A stretch of DNA of 64,000 bases from Vicinamibacterales bacterium (GCA_035652075.1 DASREL010000107.1:12385-76384); one strand, 5' to 3'; shown: positions 9,258 to 18,341, counted from the first letter of the stretch. The notes: a model not told the origin generated them from the sequence alone. Made by a program: numbers and translations.

Positions 9258-10462
9258 TGGTCGATCGGATCGCGGACAAGGTTCGGGCGGGCGAGCGGGT
9301 GAGCGCGGACGAAGCGCTCGCGCTCTATCGTCACGCGCCGACGGCGTTGCTGGGTCGGCTCGCCGACGGTATCCGCGCGCGCAAACATCCGGACGGCTAC
9401 GTCACCTACATCATCGACCGCAACGTCAACTACACGAACGTCTGCGTGGCGAAGTGCAACTTCTGCGCGTTCTACCGTCCGGTCGGATCGTCGGAAGGGT
9501 ACGTCCTCGGCTTCGATGAGTTGTTCCGCAAGATCGACGAGACGATCGCCGTCGGCGGTGTGCAGCTGCTGCTGCAGGGCGGACACAATCCCGACCTGCC
9601 GCTGTCGTGGTACGAAGATCTCTTTCGCGCCGTCAAGGAACGGTATCCGACATTCAAGCTGCACGCGCTCTCGCCGCCGGAAGTCATCCATCTCTCGCGG
9701 CTGACGCAACTGCCGGTTCCCGCGATCATCGATCGGCTGATCGCCGCCGGTCTGGACAGCATCCCCGGCGGCGGAGCGGAAATCCTCGTCGACCGCGTTC
9801 GCAAAGAGCTGCACTGTTACGGCAAAGCGACCGCCGACGAATGGCTCGACGTGATGCGCCACGCGCACAGCAAAGGTCTGCGCACGACGGCGACGATGAT
9901 GTACGGCACCGTCGAGACCGACGAAGAGCGGCTCGAACACTTGCTGCGGCTGCGCGCGCTGCAGGACGAGACCGGCGGCTTCACCGCGTTCATCACGTGG
10001 AGTTATCAACCGTCGAACACCGAGCTGGCCGGCAGCGAAGCGACCGGTATCGACTACCTCCGCACGCTCGCGATCGCGCGCATCGTCCTCGACAACTTCG
10101 ACAACCTGCAGGCCTCGTGGGTGACGCAAGGGGGGAAGGTCGGTCAGCTGAGCCTCGCGTTCGGCGCGAACGACATGGGCAGCGTGATGATCGAAGAGAA
10201 CGTCGTCCGCGCTGCCGGCGCGGCGTATTGCATGGACGAAGTCGAAATCGTCCGCAACGTCGAGGACGCCGGGTTCATCCCGAAGCGCCGCAACATGCAC
10301 TACGAGATCCTGGGCGATCCGATTTGCCGCGAGCGCAGCGTGCCGCGGATGCTGGAGCTTGCGACCGCACGCGCCGACGGCGACACCCATGTGCCGGACG
10401 AACTCGTCAACTACGAGGCGCGCAGCCGCGCCGGCAAGCAGCTCCGTATCATTCGCAATTGA
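9257..10462 (+). CDS. mqnC: Radical SAM menaquinone enzyme of the MqnC/MqnE family (MqnC-like by motif)
   Basis: VTYIIDRNVNYTNVCVAKCNFCAFYR contains CxxxCxxC. TAATG overlap with mqnA. I cannot separate MqnC from MqnE without an alignment. Confidence 0.75.
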   Translation: MVDRIADKVRAGERVSADEALALYRHAPTALLGRLADGIRARKHPDGYVTYIIDRNVNYTNVCVAKCNFCAFYRPVGSSEGYVLGFDELFRKIDETIAVGGVQLLLQGGHNPDLPLSWYEDLFRAVKERYPTFKLHALSPPEVIHLSRLTQLPVPAIIDRLIAAGLDSIPGGGAEILVDRVRKELHCYGKATADEWLDVMRHAHSKGLRTTATMMYGTVETDEERLEHLLRLRALQDETGGFTAFITWSYQPSNTELAGSEATGIDYLRTLAIARIVLDNFDNLQASWVTQGGKVGQLSLAFGANDMGSVMIEENVVRAAGAAYCMDEVEIVRNVEDAGFIPKRRNMHYEILGDPICRERSVPRMLELATARADGDTHVPDELVNYEARSRAGKQLRIIRN

Positions 10463-11670
10463 TCCGATACCGCGCCGCCTGGGTCCTGCCGATCAGCGAG
10501 CCGCCGATTCGTGACGGTTGGATCGCGATCGATCGCGGCCGCGTGATCGCCACCGGACGCCGCTCGGCAAACACCAGCGAGGCCGAAATCGATCTCGGAT
10601 ACGTGGCGGTGATGCCCGGTCTCGTCAACGCGCACACCCATCTCGAGCTGTCGCACATGCGCGACGAGGTGCCGCCCGCACCCGCCTTCGTCAGTTGGAT
10701 TCGCGGCGTCATGGAGGCGCGGCGCAAGCGGCCCGATCCGATGTCGACGGAAATCCTCGACGGCATCGACATTGGGATCGCGGAAGCGATCGCGACCGGG
10801 ACCGCGGTCGTCGGCGACATCAGCAACACGCTCGCGACGTTCGCGCCCTTGAGCCGCAGTCCCCTTGCCGGCGTCGTCTTCTACGAGTTGATTCGCTTCA
10901 ACGCGGCGGACCCGCAGGCGGTGGTGGAGCAGGCCGCCGACGCGATCGCGAAGCTACCGGCCACCGATCGTGTCCGCGCGAGCCTTGCCGCGCATGCGCC
11001 GTATTCGGTCGCGCCGCTGATGTTTCGCGCGATTCGCGAAGCGGTCGACCGCGATCCGTTCGCGCCGACGAGCGTGCACCTGTCCGAGTCGCAGGAAGAA
11101 GTGGAGTTCATACGAACCGGCGGCGGCCCGTGGCGCGCGCTGCTCGAAGCCATCGGCTCCTGGGATCCGAAGTGGGTGCCGCCGGGCGGATCCCCGGTCC
11201 AGTTCCTGGACGACTGCGGATTCCTCGACGGACGCGTGCTGGCCGTCCACGGCGTGCAGATGTCGGGGGCGGACCTCGAACGGCTGGCGAAGAAGGACGT
11301 GACGCTCGTCACCTGTCCGCGCAGCAACGGCCACACGGGCGCTGGCGCGCCGCCGATCGCCGATTTCTATCGCTCAGGCGTGAAAGTCGCCGTCGGGACC
11401 GACAGCCTCGCCAGCACACCTGACTTGAACGTCTTTGCCGAGGTCGCGACGATGCGTGCGTTGGCGCCGGGAGTGCCAGCAGCGGCGCTCCTCGAGAGCG
11501 CGACGATCGTCGGCGCGCGGGCGCTCGGCTTCGACGCCGATTACGGCACGATCGACGCGGGGAAGCGGGCGCGGCTGCTCGCGGTCGACATCCCGATCGA
11601 GGTCGATGATGTGGAAGAATATTTGGTGAGCGGGATAGAGCAGCGGCAGGTGCGATGGATAGACGGATAG
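10459..11670 (+). CDS. Amidohydrolase-superfamily deaminase (candidate aminodeoxyfutalosine deaminase)
   Basis: TTG start gives MIRYRAAWVLP...MPGLVNAHTHLELS (HxH metal motif), then HLSES and TDSLAS. TTGA overlap with the preceding gene. The specific function is inferred from context. Confidence 0.7.
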   Translation: MIRYRAAWVLPISEPPIRDGWIAIDRGRVIATGRRSANTSEAEIDLGYVAVMPGLVNAHTHLELSHMRDEVPPAPAFVSWIRGVMEARRKRPDPMSTEILDGIDIGIAEAIATGTAVVGDISNTLATFAPLSRSPLAGVVFYELIRFNAADPQAVVEQAADAIAKLPATDRVRASLAAHAPYSVAPLMFRAIREAVDRDPFAPTSVHLSESQEEVEFIRTGGGPWRALLEAIGSWDPKWVPPGGSPVQFLDDCGFLDGRVLAVHGVQMSGADLERLAKKDVTLVTCPRSNGHTGAGAPPIADFYRSGVKVAVGTDSLASTPDLNVFAEVATMRALAPGVPAAALLESATIVGARALGFDADYGTIDAGKRARLLAVDIPIEVDDVEEYLVSGIEQRQVRWIDG

Positions 11671-11681
11671 ACGAGAACAGT

Positions 11682-11822
11682 GGTGCAGAAGTGCACGGTG
11701 CACAGGTGCATGGTGCTTTGGTGCACGGTGCACCGGTGCAGGGCGCACCCGTGCACGCTGCACGCAGCACCCTGCACCCTGCACGCAGCACCCTGCACCC
11801 TGCACGCGGCACCCTGCACCAC
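11682..11822. repeat. GTGCAC-core array hairpin (about 18 units, period 7-8)
   Basis: The left half is GGTGCAN units and the right half is NTGCACC units, for example ctgcaccctgcacgcagcaccctgcaccctgcacg. It starts 12 nt after the amidohydrolase stop. Confidence 0.9.
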
Positions 11823-12665
11823 CTCCGCACGTACGCGTCTTTCGTCCGCATCAGCCACTCCGTCTTCGCGCTGCCGTTTGCGCTGGCCGGCGCGCTGCTC
11901 GCGGCCCAGCAATCGCCGTTGACGCTGCGCACGGTGATCTGGATTCTGGTCGCAATGGTTGGCGCGCGCAGTGCCGCGATGGGGTTCAACCGCCTCGTCG
12001 ACGCGCGCATCGACGCGTTGAACCCGCGGACCGCGAATCGCGAGCTGCCGCGCGGCGCGATGACCGCGCGCGAGGCGACCGCGTTCGTCACGATTGCATC
12101 CGCGGTGTTCGTCGTCGCGGCGTGGCAACTCAATCCGATCTGTTTCGCGCTGTCGCCGGTGGCGCTCGCGATCGTGTTCTGGTATTCGCTCGCGAAGCGC
12201 TACACGACATGGACGCAGCTGTTTCTCGGCCTCGCGATGGCGGTCGCGCCGGTTGGCGGATGGCTCGCGGTCGGCGGTCGCGGCGGCTGGCAGCCGTGGC
12301 TGCTCGCGCTCGCGATCGGCACGTGGGTCGGCGGGTTCGACGTTCTCTACGCCTGCCAGGATCTCGATTTCGATCGCGCGCACGGATTGCGATCCATTCC
12401 CGTCCGCTTCGGCGTGCGGCAGTCACTCGCGATTTCGCGATGCATGCACGTCGTCGCCGTCCTGTGTCTCGCAGCGCTGGGTGTCGTGACGACGCTCGGT
12501 CCGATCTACTTCGGCGGCGTCGCGATCGTCGCCGCGCTGCTGGTGTACGAGCAGTCGCTCGTCAGCGCCGAGGATCTCTCGCAGGTCAAACGGGCGTTCG
12601 ATCTGAACGGCTACGTCGGCATCCTCTACTTGCTCGTCCTCGTCGTCGCGTTATATGCACGATGA
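11751..12665 (+). CDS. UbiA-family prenyltransferase (MqnP-type)
   Basis: LRTYASFVRISHSVFALPFALAGALL and GFNRLVDARIDALNPRTANRELP (NxxxDxxxD-type motif), followed by multiple TM helices. The start is ambiguous. All in-frame ATG/GTG candidates (11655 to 11751) lie in or before the repeat. Confidence 0.8.
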   Translation: MHAARSTLHPARSTLHPARGTLHHLRTYASFVRISHSVFALPFALAGALLAAQQSPLTLRTVIWILVAMVGARSAAMGFNRLVDARIDALNPRTANRELPRGAMTAREATAFVTIASAVFVVAAWQLNPICFALSPVALAIVFWYSLAKRYTTWTQLFLGLAMAVAPVGGWLAVGGRGGWQPWLLALAIGTWVGGFDVLYACQDLDFDRAHGLRSIPVRFGVRQSLAISRCMHVVAVLCLAALGVVTTLGPIYFGGVAIVAALLVYEQSLVSAEDLSQVKRAFDLNGYVGILYLLVLVVALYAR

Positions 12666-13377
12666 CGGCACCGACGTCTCGAAGACGCCGGCGCGCATCG
12701 CGGGGATGTTCGATGCGATCGCCGGCCGCTACGACTTCCTCAATCATTTTCTGAGCGGAGGGATCGATCGCCGCTGGCGCGCCCGCGCGATCCGGTCGCT
12801 CGCGTTGACCGGGCGCGAAACGGTTCTCGACGTCTGCACCGGCACTGGCGACCTGGCGATCGAGGCGATGCAGGCGGCGCCGTCGGCCGCCCGGGTCGTC
12901 GGCGTCGATTTCGCCGGCGCCATGCTCGCGATTGGTCACGACAAATTGCGGCGTGCTGGCGCCGTGGAGCGCATCACGTTACTGCGCGGCGATGCGATGC
13001 GCATCCCGTTGGCCGATCGATCGGTCGACGGCGTCACCGTCGGTTTTGGCATTCGCAACGTGGCCGATGTGCCGGCGGCGTGCCGCGAGATGTTGCGCGT
13101 GTTGAAACCGGGTGGACGGATCGCGATTCTCGAATTTGCCGTGCCGACGACGCCGGTGTTCCGCGACGTGTTCGGGTGGTACATGCATACCGTGTTGCCA
13201 CGACTCGGACGTGCGATTTCGCGACACCAGGGCGCATACAAATACTTGCAAGCGTCGATCGACGCGTGGCTCACTCCTGCTGAGTTCGTGACAATTCTTC
13301 GACAATCTGGATTTGTCGAGATTCATGCAGTCCCACTGACCCTTGGCGCCGTCTTTCTTTATGAGGCTCGACGGTAA
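12655..13377 (+). CDS. ubiE: Demethylmenaquinone/ubiquinone C-methyltransferase UbiE/MenG
   Basis: MFDAIAGRYDFLNHFLSGGIDRRWR and VLDVCTGTGDLA SAM-binding motif. Confidence 0.9.
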   Translation: MHDDGTDVSKTPARIAGMFDAIAGRYDFLNHFLSGGIDRRWRARAIRSLALTGRETVLDVCTGTGDLAIEAMQAAPSAARVVGVDFAGAMLAIGHDKLRRAGAVERITLLRGDAMRIPLADRSVDGVTVGFGIRNVADVPAACREMLRVLKPGGRIAILEFAVPTTPVFRDVFGWYMHTVLPRLGRAISRHQGAYKYLQASIDAWLTPAEFVTILRQSGFVEIHAVPLTLGAVFLYEARR

Positions 13378-13407
13378 TCCGACTGCTATACTGCTTGTAA
13401 CTCCTTC

Positions 13408-14382
13408 ATGTATTTCGATTTCGAGGATTATCACCCCGACATAGCCGTCGTCGGGCGCGCACTGACGCGGCTGGAAGTCGTCCTGCTGACGATCATCTTC
13501 CATCTGCTGGTGGTGATTGCGATTCTCCTCGCGCCGCGCTACTTTCCGGAACTGTTCGTACCCGCTGAGAGGCCGACACAACTCGCGCTCGCGCCGCAGC
13601 AGGATCACACGCAGTTCGTGTTCGTGGCGCCGCGTATCGAACGACCAGTACCGAAGCCGCCGCCGAATGCGGAGCCGTCGGACCTGAACCGCGAAGCGCG
13701 GACGCCATTCAAAGCGCCGACTCCGCAGAATCCGCTGCCATTCAATCGCGGCAATTCACCGGAGCGCGTGGATGCGCCTGCGGAGCGGCCGCAGGTCGCG
13801 AGGGGACAGGGACCGCAGCCGGAACCGCAGCAGATGGCGCGCAACAGTCAACCGAATCAGCCGCAAATCGACAGTTCGGTGCCGCGCATGTCGGAGTCGA
13901 GCAGCTCGCTGCAGTTGCCGTCGAATCGATCGACGCAGCCGTCGAACACCAACGGCCGATCGGCGACGCCAGGCGGAAATCTCGGCGATGCGCTGCGCAA
14001 CCTGCAGCGATACGTGCAGAACGAGCAGTTCGAGAATCCTGGCGGCGGCGGTCAGTTCGGTCCTGAGATCCAGTTCGATACGAAGGGCGTCGAGTTCGGA
14101 CCGTGGATTCGACGCTTCATCGCGCAGGTCAAGCGCAACTGGTTCATCCCGTACGCCGCGATGTCGCAGCGGGGCCACGTGGTGATCTCGTTCAACATTC
14201 ACAAAGACGGCTCGATCACCGATCTGAACGTGGTCGGTCCGTCAGGGATCGATGCGTTCAACAGCGCCGCGTTCGGTGCGTTGTCCGGCTCGAACCCGAC
14301 GCAGCCGCTGCCGCCGGAATATCCGGCCGACAAAGCCTTCTTCACGGTCACCTTCTACTACAACGAACAACCACCACGGTGA
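13408..14382 (+). CDS. tonB: Energy transducer TonB family protein
   Basis: N-terminal TM anchor, a Pro-rich spacer, and a C-terminal TonB domain (HVVISFNIHKDGSITDLNVVGPSGIDAFNSAA). Confidence 0.85.
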   Translation: MYFDFEDYHPDIAVVGRALTRLEVVLLTIIFHLLVVIAILLAPRYFPELFVPAERPTQLALAPQQDHTQFVFVAPRIERPVPKPPPNAEPSDLNREARTPFKAPTPQNPLPFNRGNSPERVDAPAERPQVARGQGPQPEPQQMARNSQPNQPQIDSSVPRMSESSSSLQLPSNRSTQPSNTNGRSATPGGNLGDALRNLQRYVQNEQFENPGGGGQFGPEIQFDTKGVEFGPWIRRFIAQVKRNWFIPYAAMSQRGHVVISFNIHKDGSITDLNVVGPSGIDAFNSAAFGALSGSNPTQPLPPEYPADKAFFTVTFYYNEQPPR

Positions 14383-14456
14383 CGCGCAGCCAGCGGCTCG
14401 GGTTGCTGATCCTCGCGATCGCGTTCGTCCTGTACGTGCTGATCCGTGTCCACTAA
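14379..14456 (+). CDS. Possible 25-aa hydrophobic micro-protein
   Basis: A GTG overlapping the tonB stop (GGTGA) gives VTRSQRLGLLILAIAFVLYVLIRVH, a single TM helix. It overlaps the miaA start. Support comes only from frame and hydrophobicity. Confidence 0.25.
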   Translation: MTRSQRLGLLILAIAFVLYVLIRVH

Positions 14457-15378
14457 GCGGCTGGTCGCCGTCCTCGGTCCGACGGCGACGGGGAAGAGCG
14501 CGCTGGGCATCGCGCTCGCGCAGAAGTACGACGGCGAGATCATCAACTGCGATTCGACGGCCGTGTATCGCGGGTTCGATATCGGCACCGACAAGGTCCT
14601 GCCGCAGGATCGCCACGGCATTCCGCATCACCTGATCGACATCGTCGATCCGACCGAGGACTACACCGCGGCGCAGTTTGCGCGCGACGCGGCGGCGGTG
14701 ATTCGCGAACTGCACGCGCGTGGCACGCTGCCGATCCTCGTTGGCGGCACCGGGTTCTATTTTCGTGCGCTGACGCGCGGGCTGTTTCCCGGTCCCGGCC
14801 GCAACGCCGAACTGCGCGAGCGCCTCGAAGGGATTGCGGCGCGGCGCGGCGTCGAGTTTCTGCATCGCATGCTCGCGCGCGTCGATCGCGAGTCCGCGGT
14901 CCGCATCCAGTCGCGCGATCTGAAGCGCATCGTTCGCGCGCTCGAAGTGTTCTTCCTCACCGGCGCGCCGCTGACCTCGCACTTCGCACTGACCGCGTCA
15001 CCGATTCCGGATGTCGATGTGATCGCGATCGGCCTGACGATGCCGGCGGCCGTCATTTCCGAGCGGGTGACGCGTCGCGTCGACGTGCAGTTCGAGCGCG
15101 GGTTGCTCGACGAGATACGGACACTGCTCGCGCGTGGGATTCCGGAGAGCGCACGTCCGTTTGGTGGCCTGGTGTATCGGCAGGCGCTCGAGCACCTGCA
15201 CGGTGTGCGGGACGCTGCGGCCACGCGCGCGCTCATCGCGCAGGAGAACCGCCGGTATGCTCGGCGGCAGTTGATCTGGTTTCGCAAAGAGCCTAACCTA
15301 ACGTGGTTCGACGGTCCCGGCGATTCGCCGTCCACCATCGCGGCCGTCACGCGCTTCATCGATGAACGCACAAGCTAA
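14446..15378 (+). CDS. miaA: tRNA dimethylallyltransferase MiaA
   Basis: GPTATGKS P-loop, IINCDSTAVYRGFDIGTDK, and HHLID. Confidence 0.9.
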   Translation: MSTKRLVAVLGPTATGKSALGIALAQKYDGEIINCDSTAVYRGFDIGTDKVLPQDRHGIPHHLIDIVDPTEDYTAAQFARDAAAVIRELHARGTLPILVGGTGFYFRALTRGLFPGPGRNAELRERLEGIAARRGVEFLHRMLARVDRESAVRIQSRDLKRIVRALEVFFLTGAPLTSHFALTASPIPDVDVIAIGLTMPAAVISERVTRRVDVQFERGLLDEIRTLLARGIPESARPFGGLVYRQALEHLHGVRDAAATRALIAQENRRYARRQLIWFRKEPNLTWFDGPGDSPSTIAAVTRFIDERTS

Positions 15379-15592
15379 CATCCAGGACGTTTTCCTCAAC
15401 TACGTGCGGCGCGAGAAGCTGACCGTCACCGTCCGGATGATGGACGGTCACGAGCTCGAGGGGCGCATCAAGAACTTCGATCGCTTCGCGGTCGTGCTCG
15501 AAACGCAGGGCACCGATCAGATGATCTTCAAGCACGCCATCGCCGGCATCAAAACACCGAAGCCGGTCGCCAACTACTTTTCCCACTCCTAG
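15362..15592 (+). CDS. hfq: RNA chaperone Hfq
   Basis: IQDVFLNYVRREKLTVTVRMMDGHELEGRIKNFDRFAVVLE...IFKHAI carries the Sm1/Sm2 motifs. Conserved miaA-hfq order. Confidence 0.95.
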   Translation: MNAQANIQDVFLNYVRREKLTVTVRMMDGHELEGRIKNFDRFAVVLETQGTDQMIFKHAIAGIKTPKPVANYFSHS

Positions 15593-16770
15593 TGTTCACG
15601 CGCGCCATCGTCATCGTCATGGACAGCGTCGGCATCGGCGAGTTGCCGGATGCGGCGGACTACGGAGATCAGGGCAGCAACACGGTCGCCAACATCGACC
15701 GTCGCGTCCCGCTGAGGGTCCCAACCCTCCGCGCGCTGGGGTTAGACCAAATCGTCAGACTGAACAGTCTGACTAAGAAGTCTGACCAAATAGTCAGACT
15801 TCCCGCGTTCGGGAAGATGGCGGAGGCGTCGGCAGGGAAAGATTCGGTCACTGGACATTGGGAGATGATGGGAATTGTCCTGGACAAGGCATTTCCGACA
15901 TTCCCTGACGGGTTTTCGAACGACGTGTTGGAAGAATTTGCCCGCCAGACGGGACGCGGTGTCCTCGGCAACAAGGCCGCTTCGGGGACCGCAATCATCG
16001 ACGAGCTCGGTCCCGAGCACATGCGGACCGGCAAGCTGATTGTCTACACGTCGGCCGACAGCGTCTTCCAAATCGCCGCGCACGAGGACATCGTGCCCGT
16101 CCCCGAGCTGTATCGCGCCTGCGAAGTCGCCTACCGCATCGTCGGCGAAGGCCTCGGGGTGGGCCGCGTCATCGCGCGACCCTTCGTCGGCGCGCCGGGC
16201 AGCTTCAAGCGGACCGCGAATCGTCACGATTACGCGCTGCCGCCGTCGGGCGAAACGTTTCTGGACCGCGCGAAGGCCGCCGGCATCCCGGTCGTCGCGA
16301 TCGGCAAGATCGAGGATCTCTTCGCGGGACGCGGGATCACGAAGGCGATCCACACGAAGAGCGACGATGACGGGATGGACAACGTCGAGCGCCAGATGGC
16401 GGAGCTGGACCGCGGGTTCATCTTCACGAACCTGGTCGACTTCGACACGCAGTACGGCCACCGCAACGACACCGAAGGCTACGCGCGCAACCTCGAACGC
16501 TTCGACGCGCGGCTCGCCGCGATCCTGCCGCGCCTGCGCCAGGACGATCTCCTCATCGTGACCGCGGACCACGGGAACGATCCGACGACGCCGAGCACCG
16601 ATCACGCGCGCGAGTATGTGCCGCTGCTCGTCACCGGCACGCGCGTGCGCGAGAATGTCGACCTCGGTATTCGCCGCACCTTCGCCGACGTCGCGCAGAC
16701 GCTGGCCGAGAACTTCGGCGTCGGCCGTCTTGCGAACGGCACCAGCTTCCTCAGTACAATCAGCGCGTGA
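15592..16770 (+). CDS. deoB: Phosphopentomutase DeoB
   Basis: VIVMDSVGIGELPDA, GKDSVTGHWEMMG, TADHGNDPT. TAGTG overlap with hfq. Confidence 0.9.
   Translation: MFTRAIVIVMDSVGIGELPDAADYGDQGSNTVANIDRRVPLRVPTLRALGLDQIVRLNSLTKKSDQIVRLPAFGKMAEASAGKDSVTGHWEMMGIVLDKAFPTFPDGFSNDVLEEFARQTGRGVLGNKAASGTAIIDELGPEHMRTGKLIVYTSADSVFQIAAHEDIVPVPELYRACEVAYRIVGEGLGVGRVIARPFVGAPGSFKRTANRHDYALPPSGETFLDRAKAAGIPVVAIGKIEDLFAGRGITKAIHTKSDDDGMDNVERQMAELDRGFIFTNLVDFDTQYGHRNDTEGYARNLERFDARLAAILPRLRQDDLLIVTADHGNDPTTPSTDHAREYVPLLVTGTRVRENVDLGIRRTFADVAQTLAENFGVGRLANGTSFLSTISA
15741..15803. repeat. Intragenic 13-nt-period array of GTCWGAC heptamers inside deoB
   Basis: gttagac(15741) gtcagac(15754) gtctgac(15767) gtctgac(15780) gtcagac(15793). 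The array is locally AT-rich and in frame, and encodes DQIVRLNSLTKKSDQIVRL. Confidence 0.9.
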
Positions 16771-17804
16771 CGCTCCGCGAACAACTCGAGCAGCGCGAGC
16801 GCGAGATCCTTGCGCCGCAGGCCGCGAAGAGCGCCAACTCCAAAGGCCGCCTGCGCGAGGAGCGCGAAGACGACGTTCGCCCGGCGTTTCAGCGGGACCG
16901 GGATCGCATCATCCACTGCAAAGCGTTTCGGCGGCTGAAACACAAGACCCAGGTGTTCTTCGCGCCGACCGGTGACCATTACCGCACGCGCCTGACGCAC
17001 ACGCTCGAGGTCTCGCAGATCGCGCGCACGATCGCGAAGGTGCTGCGCCTGCACGAGGAACTGACCGAGGCGATCGCGCTCGGCCACGATCTGGGCCACA
17101 CGCCGTTCGGCCACGCGGGCGAGCGCGTCATCGACGGGCTGATGCCCGGCGGGTTCAATCACTACGAGCAGAGCCTGCGGATCGTCGACAAGCTGGAGAA
17201 CGACGGTCAGGGCTTGAACCTGACGTGGGAAGTGCGCGACGGGATCGCGAAACACTCGAAGGGGAAGTCGGGCGCGCCCGTCGGCATGCCGCCCCATCTG
17301 CGATCGAGCACGATCGAAGGCCAGATCATGCGCGTCGCGGATCTGATCGGCTACGTCAATCACGACATCGACGACGCGACGCGGGCCGGCCTGCTGAATC
17401 CGGACGATCTCCCGCGCGAGCACATCACGGTGCTCGGCCACACGGCGTCCGCGCGCATCGGCACGCTCGTCACCGACGTCGTCACCGAAACGCTCAAAGG
17501 CGGGCTGACCGAAATCCGCATGAGCGACACGGTGCTCGCGGCGGTGCTCGGGCTGCGCAGTTTTCTGTTCGAAGCGGTCTACGAAAACACGATCGCGACG
17601 GCGGAGTTCAAGAAGGCCACCGGCATCCTGTCCGGGCTGTGGGAAAAGGTCCGCGAGCGCCCCACCGAGTTCCTCGACGAGCGCACGATCGACGCCGAGG
17701 GGCTCGACTGCGCGACCCGGGATTTCATTGCCGGGATGACCGACCGCTACGCGGTCCGGCTCTACGAGCAGCTGTTCATTCCGAAGCCCTGGGCGATTGA
17801 TTAA
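16767..17804 (+). CDS. dgt: dGTP triphosphohydrolase-like HD-domain protein
   Basis: FQRDRDRIIHCKAFRRLKHKTQVF, RLTHTLEVSQIAR, GHDLGHTPFGH. GTGA overlap with deoB. Confidence 0.9.
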   Translation: MTLREQLEQREREILAPQAAKSANSKGRLREEREDDVRPAFQRDRDRIIHCKAFRRLKHKTQVFFAPTGDHYRTRLTHTLEVSQIARTIAKVLRLHEELTEAIALGHDLGHTPFGHAGERVIDGLMPGGFNHYEQSLRIVDKLENDGQGLNLTWEVRDGIAKHSKGKSGAPVGMPPHLRSSTIEGQIMRVADLIGYVNHDIDDATRAGLLNPDDLPREHITVLGHTASARIGTLVTDVVTETLKGGLTEIRMSDTVLAAVLGLRSFLFEAVYENTIATAEFKKATGILSGLWEKVRERPTEFLDERTIDAEGLDCATRDFIAGMTDRYAVRLYEQLFIPKPWAID

Positions 17805-17822
17805 GGTATACTCAATGGTTTG

Positions 17823-18341
17823 ATGCTATTGGACTTAAGCCGGATACGGACGGCCCACGAGCGGTATGACAAGTCGTACCCCGTGGATGCCTTCGCGCGC
17901 GACACCGAGGCCTTTCGCGTCGTCGAACCGGTGACCCTGGGTTTCGACATTTTCAAGGACAAGGACCAGTTCCACCTCGTTGGCGACGTCAAGACGACGC
18001 TCGAACTGCCGTGCAGCCGGTGTCTCGAGGCGTTCCAATGGCCGGTGGACGCGCATTTCGATCTGCGGTACCAGCCGAAGTCGGCACACACCGGCGAAGG
18101 CGAAAATGAAATCGAAGAAGACGATCTGACGACGGCGTTTTACGAGAACGAGGAGATCGACCTCGGACAGCTGATGAGCGAGCAGTTCTACCTCTCGCTG
18201 CCGATGAAGCCGCTCTGCACGGAACAGTGCCGCGGCCTGTGCCCGGAGTGCGGCACGAACTTGAACCGCGACACGTGCGACTGCAAACGCACCTGGGACG
18301 ATCCACGTCTCGCGGCGCTGCGTGAATTGAAGAGGAATTAA
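17823..18341 (+). CDS. yceD: YceD/DUF177 family protein
   Basis: C-terminal CRGLCPECGTNLNRDTCDC. Located upstream of rpmF, as in many bacteria. Confidence 0.85.
   Translation: MLLDLSRIRTAHERYDKSYPVDAFARDTEAFRVVEPVTLGFDIFKDKDQFHLVGDVKTTLELPCSRCLEAFQWPVDAHFDLRYQPKSAHTGEGENEIEEDDLTTAFYENEEIDLGQLMSEQFYLSLPMKPLCTEQCRGLCPECGTNLNRDTCDCKRTWDDPRLAALRELKRN

Noticed and set aside
9607-11670. 687-aa ORF suggesting a large fusion protein. The extended ORFs at 8570-10462, 8241-9257, 7354-8466, 41056-43518, 46908-49061 and 58441-60012 raise the same question.
   Set aside because: The N-terminal extensions are out-of-frame read-through of the upstream gene with Arg-rich nonsense composition. In each case the conserved domain begins at an internal start abutting the upstream stop codon.
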